Shown here in pieces: positions 1-10,956 of a stretch of 64,000 nucleotides of DNA. A program made the position numbers and the translations under genes. Source of the stretch: Massalongia carnosa (Eukaryota). The notes under the pieces were generated by a model. It saw only the letters and a list, made by a program, of their open reading frames with translations, was not told where the DNA came from and made no database searches. Each line of letters opens with the position of its first letter. Position 1 is the first letter of the stretch. The stretch lies in assembly GCA_965645245.1 (NCBI GenBank), contig OZ287072.1, forward strand, positions 806,001 to 870,000, written 5' to 3'.

Positions 1-1239
1 CTCGTCCTCAACGCCCCTAGCTCTCTCGCCGCCTTCCCCTTCTTCATCTTTATCCCAAGGCAGCCAACCCCTCCAAACCTCCCTACCACTCTCCCCTCCC
101 TCCCACTCCAGCAACCCCACCACCCACTCCCTCCCTCTCGCAACCTCCCAATTCACATCCCCTGCCCGCCACCCTCTCCCCCTCCTCTTCGCACCCAACA
201 CATTCCCCTCCCCATACCAGTCCCCGCTCCAAGCCTCCCACCCATTCCTCCTCTCCCCCTCCTCTAGCTTCCGCCGCGGACTCACCTCCTCCGGCGGATC
301 GATCCCTACGAACTGCATTTTCGAGCCCGGAAAGCGGATCGCCGGGACGTGCAGCTCGAGGAAGCGCCGACGCTTGAAGGCGTGTGTGATTAAGGTGACG
401 GAATGGGGCGGGCGCTGGGTGGGATGGAGGGCGGTGAAGAGGAGGAGGGGAAAGAGAAGGTTTTGAAAGGAGTCGGTGGCGTAAGGATCGGTGGTTAGGT
501 ACGTGCTTGGGGATGGAGGGAGCGGGTGCATGGTTAAGGCTAGGTTCTGTAGGGGGGGGGAGGTCGCGCGTTAGAGGAGGCATAAGGGGAAGAAAGTGTT
601 TTCGCAAAGAGGGGAAGTAGTAGGAATGGGGGGGAAAGGTAAAAATAGACGGACCAGATAACTCTCACTCTCCGTCAAGGGGGTTCGATCCCTTTTCGTT
701 GCGCCCCTGTCTCGCAACCATCCCCTACGTTTAACCTAGTTTCTGCTCTCTTTTCCCTTTCCTTCCTTTTTCTCTCCTAAACTTCACCTCGCCTTCCCCT
801 CACAAGCAACGCAAGAGAAAAAGGGCAAAGACCACCCCCCAGAAACAAAACTCACCCTGAGAAAACACACAGCGAATCTGGTCTCTCGCGTAAGGCCTCT
901 AGTGCCGCGTGAATATGCGTAATGAACGTTGGCGTTTCTCCGCACTGGAACGGTTCAATGGCCCTAGTGTGTATGTATGTATCAGGGGGGTTTTTATGTT
1001 ATTTGTCCGTTTCATGTTTTATAGGGTTGGGAATATTCATAGTGGGAGGGGAGGGTTGGTTCGGGGGTTAAAGGGACCAGAGGAGGAAAAGGAGGGAGAG
1101 AGGGAGGGAGGGAGGTTTACCACTCGGATTCGTCGATGCCATTGGTGGGGCCGCCGAGGTGGATGGCGTGGCAGCAGACGATGATGAGGTGGTTTAGAAG
1201 AGGGGAGGGGACGATGGTTGGTGAGCTTGGGTTGCTCAT
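1..1239 (-). CDS. YOR238W-like / DUF218-type conserved fungal protein, 4 exons, 3' end outside the window
   Basis: Manual splicing gives exons 1121-1239 ([40 protein letters not shown]), 856-963 ([21 protein letters not shown]...VFSG), 655-706 ([17 protein letters not shown]) and <1-546 ([13 protein letters not shown]...[22 protein letters not shown]...VGIDPP...GWLPW). All introns are GT-AG and in phase. The motifs match my recall of the YOR238W family. The gene is absent from the ORF track. Confidence 0.8.
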
Positions 1240-1736
1240 GGTTTATATGTCTTTGGGTTGAGAGAATTTGGTAGTATGTCGATCAGATCGTGGAGAAAAA
1301 TTGCAAGTCTTGATCACTGAAGGCAAACGTACATATTGGATATCACACCAAACCTCCAGTTTTATCAATAGTGTTATTCATCAAACTATCATAATTAAGT
1401 ATATACAAGCGATCCCCAGAGCAGAATGCAATAGAACATCCTGCTCATTTGCGCCCATTCAACGCTCCGAGCATGCTGAAGGTATCCCCTTTCCTTTTTG
1501 ATGCCCAAAGTCGGAACAAAGCGCCAACAATCCTCCGAACAACCGTTTATTCAGGGTGCCTGTGCCCAGCGCTGATTGCAATGCCGCTAAGAATTAAACC
1601 CTCCACCAAAGGGTGAACCTCCCAAGCACAAGAAACCCGCAGATACGCGTACAAAGCAATGCTCATATGCACAGAGACGGCAAGGCATACTAGAGTACAT
1701 ATCTGAGACGCTGGGATGCACGAAAGGAAAGAGTGT

Positions 1737-4700
1737 TTACTCGTGCAGAAAGGTGCAGTCATCTCCCTTCCTGCATTTCCCTTCCTGCCAAAACTTGCAA
1801 GGGAGCCGGGGAACACCATAGTACTAGAATAACGCATGTAGTTAGCCATGCTCGTATATGATATTGTCTGAACGAGTTAAGCTCACCTTCTTCTTGGTAA
1901 CGTCGGCTTTCTGGCGTTTCCCCTTTGCATAGCCGTATTCCCCACTATTTTGGTCCTCGTACTCTAGTTGACGTTTACGATCATTTTCGGCCTGGAAAGT
2001 GTTCCCATATCCGTAGTTCTGCATTTGAGCAGCAGGTTGTTGACCCAGCTGAGACAACAGAGACTGCAGGTTAGGCTGAATAAGTGGAGGTTGTACGTAT
2101 GCCTGTTGAACTTGACTACCCATAGAGAATGCGGCTAGAGTGGCCTGGAGATCAAAGGTAGTTGCAACGGGTTGGAGTGCTTGAGGTGCTTGCATTTGCG
2201 GCTGTTGATGGTTGTTGGTAGAAAATTGAGCAAATATAGCCTCCAATCCACTGGCAGGAGCTGGTGTAACTGGCTGTGGAGGTTGAGGTTGGGGCTGGGG
2301 TTGCTGTTGATTATTAATCATCTGAAGCAAAGCAGCAATATTCGGTGTTGGGGGCTGTTGGAATGTTAAAGGGTTGCTGGGGGGGTGATAGGCATGGTTC
2401 TGGGCATGATTCTGAGCACCATAGTACTGAGCTTCCCGGGCCTACAGCCTCGTTAGCAAAAAAACAGCCTCAACTACGAATTGCAGACTCACCCTTGTTT
2501 CCTCTGATGGCTCTCCAAATGACTGCTCGATTACCACGTCCCCAGAATATGGATCAGGCGGTTCTCTCGGAGTTGATGGAATGTCCGAAGGCGTAGTATA
2601 AATCACCATCAATGTAGTCAACTCCCGCTGTTCTTGAATCGCCCGTTCCCGACTGTTCACCTCCACTTTGCCGCCTTTGGTGACGGAAATTCGCTCCAGC
2701 TCCTCGGGTTCAATCACGCTGAAGTCAACAACTAAAACTACGTTAACATATTACACTTCAACAAGGGGTAGTCGTCTTACAAGACGGTGAAGTCCATGGC
2801 GCAAAGGATTGTTCTTCTGAAACACCATCTTCGTCTTCGTCCATAAGGTCAAGGCCTTTGTGCATCTTCAACATTTGACCCTCACCGCGGCTGTCGCCTA
2901 CGTCCCTTACCAAGCTACTTTCATGGCCTACATCTTCCTCAGGGTCATGTTCAAATGTTCGAATTTCCACCAGGCTGTCATCGGGCTTGAAAGACACACG
3001 AAGTTTCCTGCGTTCCGCCCTGCGTTCACGTTTAATCTTCTCCTCAGCAGTTAAAGGTGGTCCAGCTTCTTCAGACTTTGAAGGGGGGGTCTCTTTCTGT
3101 TTGTTAAGGTTTGCCATAGTCTCCGCAAAGGAAAATGCAGGCTTCGCAGCTAAAGCAGCCGCAGTAACGGCAGGCGGAGGCTTGCTCTCGACCAAAGCGC
3201 TGGTAGCATGTTAGTATTTGGTCAATCAAGAGAATCCTCTCTAAAAAAATGATGGGGACGCCATCACTCGAGAAACGTACCTATCTTTGCCTTCTCGAGC
3301 CTTGGCGGAGAGCAACGCAGCGTTTGAAGTCCCTGGCTTCTTCGACGCCGACTGCAAGCTTGTGAAGAAACCGGAGGGTTTCGCAGAAACATGATTAGGC
3401 TTTACCTTTGAGATTGGTGCAATAGACGAGGTTGCCTTTGCAACTGATTTGGGGTCTACCTTGGCGGCCTGCTGTCGCTTTCCAGACAAACCAATAGACT
3501 TCGCCGGAGCAGCCCCTGAAGACGCAGTACCTGCATTTGAAGGCTTCTTGGCAGGTTGGCCAGCAGGGAGTTCTGGGGCTCGAGCTTTCTTGATTCCAGA
3601 AGCAGTACCGGCAGCACGAGAACTCTCTACTGGCGAAGGTTTAGCAATAGAATTAATCTTGCTGGCTTTATCCTTTGCCTCCAGTTGTACGGGCTTGCCA
3701 TTTGCATTTTTCTGCTTTGAGATGGCTGCAGCGTTCTCTAAGACTCGTTGCGCTAACTCTTTGACGTGTTCGTCGCCCTTTTTGATTAATCTTGGCAAGA
3801 CCTTATCGGTTTTAGTCTTTGCCAACACTGCTTCATCCAAGGTTGCGCAGCGGGTCATGAGCTGTTCCGGGTCAGCAGTAATCGGTTGCTTATACAGCGC
3901 CGTGGGCTTACCTCTAATATACTCGTTATGAGACTTCCAGCATACTCACCTTCGTTGAAACGGTCGGCAGTAAATTGATAAAACACCAGGAAAAGTTGAG
4001 GATTCTCGCCGAATCTAAGATTGCATTAGCTACAGAGAATGGGCCAGAAACGCAAAAGTATTTTGATTATATTGGTTGCACTGGGGAAAATCATCTAAAC
4101 TAAAGCTCAAGAAGATTATCATTTTCAAGGGGGTGGTACGTATCTCCCATAGTCTTTAGATGCCACTGGTACGAGATTGCTTGGCGCAATTCTACATCGT
4201 AGCTAGTTTGATACGCATCTAGAGAAGGAGCGAAGACTATTTAGAGTCATGCCAGCATCTAAGGCTTACTACGCAGGGTGCAAGCACTTTCATGGATATG
4301 CGGCTAAGGCTGTGCTGAGCATGTAACTCTGGACATCTAGCGAAGGTGGATATCTGGAGATGAATCTTGAAGAAGGCTGGCCTTTTCACCAGTTTTGCCA
4401 ATTTCCGGTCCAATTGACAGAATCTGGTAAGGGAAGTACCGCCATATACTCGTTTGGAAAGCGGAGATGCAGGCTTTGACATAAGGGTGCATGAATTGCA
4501 ACAAAATAGAAATTTTACGTACTTCTCAGTAATGTCTTGATGACCGTGGGTTAGTGTCAGGCGTATGCACGACTCTAACAGACGACGTTGTTCGGCCACG
4601 CTACGGGTTAGCTGAGCGATTTTCTGTTGATTCTTCTTTTGCTGTGCTTGCTGCAAATCTAAACTTTCGGACTTCCATTTATCACGGATGCCTTTAACGA

Positions 4701-6056
4701 CAATCCAAAATTCTCCGAGAGCTGTGCGTATCGCTGCAACCGATAAGATCTTGTTCCGTGGAGCCCACACAGCTTTGAGCGCGTCATACTCAATGGCTTT
4801 ACTTGGATCGCTCGGGCGGTTTGGAGGTAGGGGAGATGGTTCTTCCGGCTCCGTTTCTTCCTCAGATCCAGAGGAATAATCAGAATCCTCATTGGATTCC
4901 GACTCGCTTAGCGATTCTGGTGACGACGTTGACTCTACCGTGGAGACGCCCTGGGAAACTGATTGGGGTACGAAAGCGCGTGAATTGGCCTGCCGCCCCA
5001 AAGACTTCTTGAGTTTTTTCAAGACCGGTTCGCGCGCCGGATTCCATGGACTGTTTCCTTTCTCTATGGAATATAAGCTATAGGCTAGAGAACATTTGAT
5101 CCTAATGGTTACTTACCTTGAAGAAGTAATTGCCAAATCTCTTTCTTAGATCTTCGTCGATTGTATCGGGGAAGAGTCGCTATGCATTAACTCAGCCATC
5201 ATATATTGACTGTCTATCTAATGATTTAACCAAACGTACCCTTAGTAGTACTTAGTTCAAGATTGCTATTGCCTACAAATACGAAGCCTTTGAAATGCTT
5301 AGAATTAGTGGCAGCAGGCACATCTGCCGCGCTTTTGATAGTGAAAACTTCACTTGGGTTTCCCTTTGGAATAGTCGACACAATGGACCGCCAATCATGA
5401 CGCGTCACAGAGGCTTGGAATGAGTTCCCAAAGGATGCTCGTCGTCCGGTTGAAACAGGCTGAGAGAACTGCTGGGACTATGTACCAGTCAGCAGCGATT
5501 TCTGAAAGGGTGATAAGGCAGGAAGAAATCCTACCGGACGTGCTCCTGAGATTTGGATATGATTGAATGTTGCCGGATAATTTTGCAGAGCTTGTGGGGA
5601 GACGGTCTCGCTTTGTTTCGGGGTGCTCTGGAACTCTTGACTCCTTGTAAAGTTATAATTGGGATCATCACTCAAAGGCACATGCCCATAAGCTAAGGTA
5701 GTATCAAACGATGGCGCTATCGAGAGATTGGCACGAGCGCCAAATCCTGAGTAGTTGAAGGAAGGATTCCCAGAAAATGTCTGATCAAGATTTCTCGACT
5801 GTACTCCATAACTGGAGACAGGGAGTAAGTGCGAGGCCTGCAGCGAGGACTGATCCCATGACGAGCTTCCTGGATTAAAGCCGTTGATGGGATCTTGGGG
5901 GTCGGTAAATGCTTCGGGATCCCAGGAATTGCTAAAAGAAGGCTCATTATCGGTATGTAGGAAGGAGTTGAATGTATCATTTGGTGTAGGATTGAAGGAA
6001 TAGGTATGAGGGTGTTGATTGTTACTGTCTTGGTTGGGATGTCTCGAGTTCATCAT
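1737..6056 (-). CDS. PNUTS/PPP1R10-like (Ppn1/Ref2-type) PP1 regulatory subunit, multi-exon
   Basis: The model joins ORFs 5478-6056, 5226-5408, 4237-5022, 3241-3858, 2758-3195, 2442-2717 and 1842-2330 plus small exons. It has a TFIIS-N-like helical segment (SILELMTRCATLDEAVLAKTKTDKVLPRLIKKG), an RVxF PP1-docking motif (KKLRVSFKPDDSLVEIRTF), a Q/P-rich region and a C-terminal CCCH finger (PCKFWQEGKCRKGDDCTFLHE*, stop at 1737-1739). This domain order matches PNUTS. Confidence 0.7.
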
Positions 6057-6570
6057 GCTTCTTTTCGTTCAAGGCGCATGTATTTTAAGTATGGTAAGGT
6101 ACGGAAACTGGTGGTAGCAGGTAACTTATCACGGGAAGGCGAACTGCCGGTAATCGCTTAACCCTTGCACTTTTGGATTTGGGGGGTTTCGCGCTCTACT
6201 CAAAGCGGCCAACCACGCACGCCTGACGTGTGTTATTCGTACTCTGTAACTTTGAATTTCGATTCGGTTTTTTTTTTGTTAAGGGACAATTCGTAACGTG
6301 CCTATTTGCACAACGTAACGCACTTGAACGGATTCTGCAGGCCAACTGTGCAGACAAACTAGACTGGCCGTAGCTATGCTGAGAATCTCGGTCGAGCTCA
6401 AGCTAAGTGTAGTTGGAGTCAGGTAGCAACAGATAAGGTCTGGTAGGTACTTGGTCTGACTGATTCTGATACTCGAGAAAGCCAGATAGGCTGCATTGGC
6501 GGGAACAGCTCTCCAGCTGGCACACACACCGCCAGAACAGTATTCCTGCAGCTCAAAGATATGGCGGTGG

Positions 6571-6606
6571 TGATGATGATGATGATGATGATGACGATGA
6601 TGATAA
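6571..6606. repeat. (TGA)n / (ATC)n trinucleotide microsatellite
   Basis: The run tgatgatgatgatgatgatgatgacgatgatgataa is seen directly. Confidence 0.9.
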
Positions 6607-7178
6607 TTGATTCCTCACGTTTCCCCCACAGCAAGAATACCTGCCGATGGTGGAGATGCGGGAGCTTTTAGACTTAGACGGACTGCAGCTCGTCCACCGC
6701 TGTACACCTCACTCCTCACTCTCAAACCTAACGGCCACGTACAACGCGACCTTAGCTCCAGTCAAAGAACCTTTAATCATACGCAGCCAATACTTCACAA
6801 TGGTACAATCAATCAAGAAACGACTCCGTCGCTTCAGGATGAGTTTATGTAGAAGAGAATATGTGGGATGGGGGGTTGGAAAGGATTATGGAGGTTGAAT
6901 GTAGAAAATAGAAAGTCGAAAGAAGATTTGCGCGCTCTTACACGGATTTTCCGCGCTAAGAAACCAGCGTCACGCTCGCTCGTAATCGTATGATGACCTA
7001 AGACAGAGACTGAATTAATGAAAGCTTTCTATCTGCCTGCTTTCTCTGTTCACAGGCTCCAAGCCAACCCCTTCACTTCGTCACAGAGCGCTACGCTAGG
7101 GCAAGAAAGTTGAGGCCTCGCGAAGTCAAATATGTACACGTTGCAGCGTGAACGCTGAAAACCAATAACTCCGTGAAG

Positions 7179-9599
7179 ATGGTCGCCCATCAGCAATCAT
7201 TACGAGATCGGCAAGTAGGTAGGCCTGTCCGTGCTCGGGGGAACGACCAGACGCTGCCAGGCTAACTAGTTCACTTGCAGCGTCTCTGGAAAAAATTCTG
7301 AATCTCAACCATTCTCCTTCGGAGCCGTCACTTGCCCATCATGATCCTGCTACAGCGAACGGGCTCATTCCACAAACAACCCCAATCCTGAACTCGGATG
7401 GAGATCCTATATGGAAGGTCTTAGTTTTCGACAATCTCGGCCGAGATGTAATCAGCAGCGTACTAAGGGTCAATGACCTTCGTGGATGGGGGGTGACGAT
7501 ACATCTGTGGGTCGCCTAAGAGCCCTGTCAACCCCAACAAAAGGCTTACGAGCGCGTCGGCACAGCTAATGCTAATTGAAAAGGAATATCAATTCTACTC
7601 GACATCCTATACCCGATGTTCCAGTTCTATATCTCCTCGAGCCGACAGCGGCGAACCTTACTCTGATCAGCCAAGACCTCTCCCGGAATTTATATGCCGA
7701 TGCCTACATAAATTTCCTCTCGTCAATACCACGGCCTTTAATGGAAGATTTTGCAGCCCAAATAGCAGATGAGGGTACATCAGAGAGCGTGGCACAGGTG
7801 TACGACCAATACTTGAATTTCATCGTTGGTGAACCGGACCTCTTCAGCCTAGGCATGGGTAAAGATACGTATTGGGCGCTCAATAGCGCTCAGCCAAAAG
7901 ACGAGGAGCTTGATGCTGTCATCGAGAGAATAGTGAGCGGGCTGTTTAGTGTGGTTGTCACGATGGGTAAGCTTTACCCGCACGATGTTAATGCAGACTC
8001 TTATGCTATGTTCAGGGGCTATACCCATCATTAGATGTCCACGAGCTGGTGCTGCCGAGATGATTGCTGCAAAGCTCGATCGCAAGCTTAGAGACCACAT
8101 CTTGAACTCAAAAGACAACCTGTTTTCAAGTCATGGACAACGCTCATCTGCAGCGGCAGGAACTCCTTCATCTCGGCCAGTGCTCGTGATTGTCGATCGC
8201 AATGTTGATCTCATTCCTATGCTCTCCCACTCATGGACGTACCAATCGCTTGTACATGATGTGCTCAAAATGCACCTAAACCGAATTACCATTGAGACTC
8301 CCATCGATGAGGACAACCCAGCCAAGGGAAGGACGAGGAAGTCGTATGATCTTAATTCAAACGACTTCTTTTGGGCTCGGAATGCTGGTATCCCGTTTCC
8401 TCAGGTTGCCGAAGACATTGATGCGGAGCTTACCAAATACAAAGAGGATGCCAGCGAGATCACTAAGACCACAGGTGCATCGTCGATTGAAGATTTGCAG
8501 AACGACACAAGTTCTTCAGCACAGCATCTCAAAGCTGCCATTTCGTTGCTTCCGGAGCTACGGGAGCGAAAGGCTATTTTGGATATGCACATGAATATTG
8601 CTACTGCCCTGCTTAAGGGAATCAAAGATCGGCAGTTGGATAACTTCTTTCAGATTGAGGAAAGTATCACCAAGCAAAACAAGGCGCAGATGTTAGAGCT
8701 GCTCAACGACGATAGCAAAGGAAAAGAGCCATTGGACAAGTTACGTCTCTTCATAATTTGGTTTCTGAGCACCGAACAAGAAGTCTCAAGAACGGACATG
8801 GAACGGTTTGAAATGGCCCTTACAACCTCAAAAGCCGACACCACAGCTTTGTCCTACGTTAGAAGGTAGCATCTCCACCCCATTCTCGTAAGTTCTGAGT
8901 GCTAAACCTCCCTTTCCATCTAGAGTCCGCGAAATAACCCGCATGACCATGATGACCTCAGCCCCCACGGCTCCAGCCCCTCAATCCACCGGCAATGAGC
9001 TTTTCCGCGGCTTCAGCTCCATCAGTAACCGGCTTACCGATCGTTTCAAAGACGGTGCCCTAGGGGCCAACTTCGAGAACCTCATCTCAGGCGTCAAAAA
9101 TTTCCTCCCAGCCAACAAAGACATCACCCTTACAAAAATCATCGAGTCTCTTATGGACCCGGCCTCGGCATCCTCCTCCGCCATCGCCAAGACAGAAGAT
9201 TACCTTTACTTTGATCCCCGCTCCGCCAACGCCAGGGGGACTATGCCTGCGCCTTCACAGATTCGCCATCAGGGTGGTGCTGGTGGAGGAGGTGCCGGCG
9301 GTGGCGGTATGCCAGGCGGGCTGGGGGGGGTCAGTAGCTTGGTTGCGGGCACGGGGGCGAGTTTCGGGCAGAGGAGGCAGGGGTTTAGCGAGGCGATTGT
9401 GTTTACTGTTGGTGGGGGGAGCATGGATGAGTATGGAAACCTGCAGGATTGGGCCAAACGGACAAGCGCTGCTGCTGGTGGAGGCGCCGCGGCGGGCGTC
9501 GGAGGTCAAAGAAGGAAGGTAGTATACGGAAGTACGGATTTGGTGAATGCAGAGGATTTTGTTGGGGAGTTGGCGAGGTTGGGGAGGGAGAGTGGATAG
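7179..9599 (+). CDS. SLY1: Sec1/Munc18-family ER-Golgi trafficking protein Sly1
   Basis: Start [23 protein letters not shown], followed by [56 protein letters not shown] and [17 protein letters not shown]. The model joins ORFs 7576-8034, 7949-8869 and 8943-9599 across GT-AG introns. Confidence 0.95.
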
Positions 9600-10312
9600 G
9601 TAGTTTGCGCGGTGCTAGATTTCGTTTTAGAGAGGAATGCGGGTGGGGGGCGGTTGACTCTTTCGAGACAAGGGAAAATGTGGTTTGATCTGGTTGGTAG
9701 GTGTGTTTTGGAGGGAGAAAAGACGAGAAGTTGAATCTTCGGCACTTTACTCTACTCTCCGTGACATAATCCCCAAATTCCAATCTTGTTATGTATATAT
9801 CCCCTCTCTCGCTGCTCTCGTACCTTCAAGCCCTTCCTATCCATCATCTCCCGATCATTCGATCATCCTTTTCCTTTTCCTTTCTCCCCTAATTATCTCC
9901 CTCTCCTCCCCCCCCCCTTTTGTAATTCCCTTCCCGCAGCCACCAGCCAGCCAGCTGCTAAAATTCGTAGAGAGAGAGAGGGAAACGAAGAGATGAAATT
10001 AAAGGAGGTAGGACGTCTCAAGGAAGGCAGAAGAAGGTAGGTTTAAGCCATTGCTGGAATTTGGGCAAGGGGAGAAGAAGAGGGAGCGGGGGTTTTCTCT
10101 GCAATGGGATATTGAAATTGCTGGAGAGGGATAAGTGGGAGAAGACCCCGGGGGGGAGGGGGGGAGGTGGATTTGCATAACTCTGTGACTGCGCGTCTTG
10201 ATATGTGTACTGCATGACGATTTACAAGAGGTTTGGGGGTTATAATGTGACAATGATCGGAAATGATATCCTGTTGAGAAGTAGCGAGCTAATACTTATC
10301 CGCGACCGCCCG

Positions 10313-10365
10313 TGTATGTATGTACGTATGTATATATGTATCCATCGACCTATGTATATATGTAC
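10313..10365. repeat. Degenerate (TATG)/(TA) simple repeat in a low-complexity convergent intergenic region
   Basis: gtgtatgtatgtacgtatgtatatatgtat...tatgtatatatgtacat is seen directly. Confidence 0.7.
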
Positions 10366-10956
10366 ATGATGATCCTTCATGTAGCACTTCTTCCACTACC
10401 TCCAATAGACCGGGCGGGAAAAGTCAAACAAGTACTTTCAAGGAGGCGCCTTCGCTTAGATATGGAAAGAGGAGACAGAGGGAAACAAAAAGAGCAAAGG
10501 CACGAATAACTAAAGAAAATGAGTAGGAAAAACAAACAATTTAAGATGTGCGTAGTCTTCATTTTTCCCTACTCCCCCCCTTCCCCACGGCAACTTGTCA
10601 TGTTTCATACTCGGGTTCGAGCTCGAGTTTGTATGGATCTTCATGCGCTAGACGATAAGATTCTCGATGGTTTGGTGGAAGGAGCGGATGGTAAGATTTG
10701 TAGAGAGAATCGAGAATGGTAGGGACAAGAGGTACAATAAGGAAGGTATATGCCGCTGCGGATTGGGGTCTGGGCAAGGGAAATGGTTTATTCTTATAGA
10801 CGGATTAAGAGTATGCTAGGATGAAAGGGATTGTAGGGATATGGATGAGTCGCGTATACGAGGAATGGTACAACCGGAATTAGACTTTATAGACAATGCT
10901 GACCGGCAACAGAAACCATAAAACGGCTAGGGAGGGATAGCAGACGGAGCGATCAC

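Noticed and set aside
83..607. 174-aa Pro/Gly-rich ORF on -
   Set aside because: It is an off-frame shadow of the real YOR238W-like exon, caused by the C/G skew.
677..694. tRNA T-arm-like AAGGG-GGTTCGAT-CCCTT
   Set aside because: There is no D-arm, anticodon arm or acceptor stem. It is the antisense of coding exon 3 (KRDRTPL) of the YOR238W-like gene.
6647..6898. 83-aa ORF on + between the PNUTS-like gene and SLY1
   Set aside because: It has no recognisable motif and lies in the probable 5' leader or divergent promoter; not supportable as a gene.
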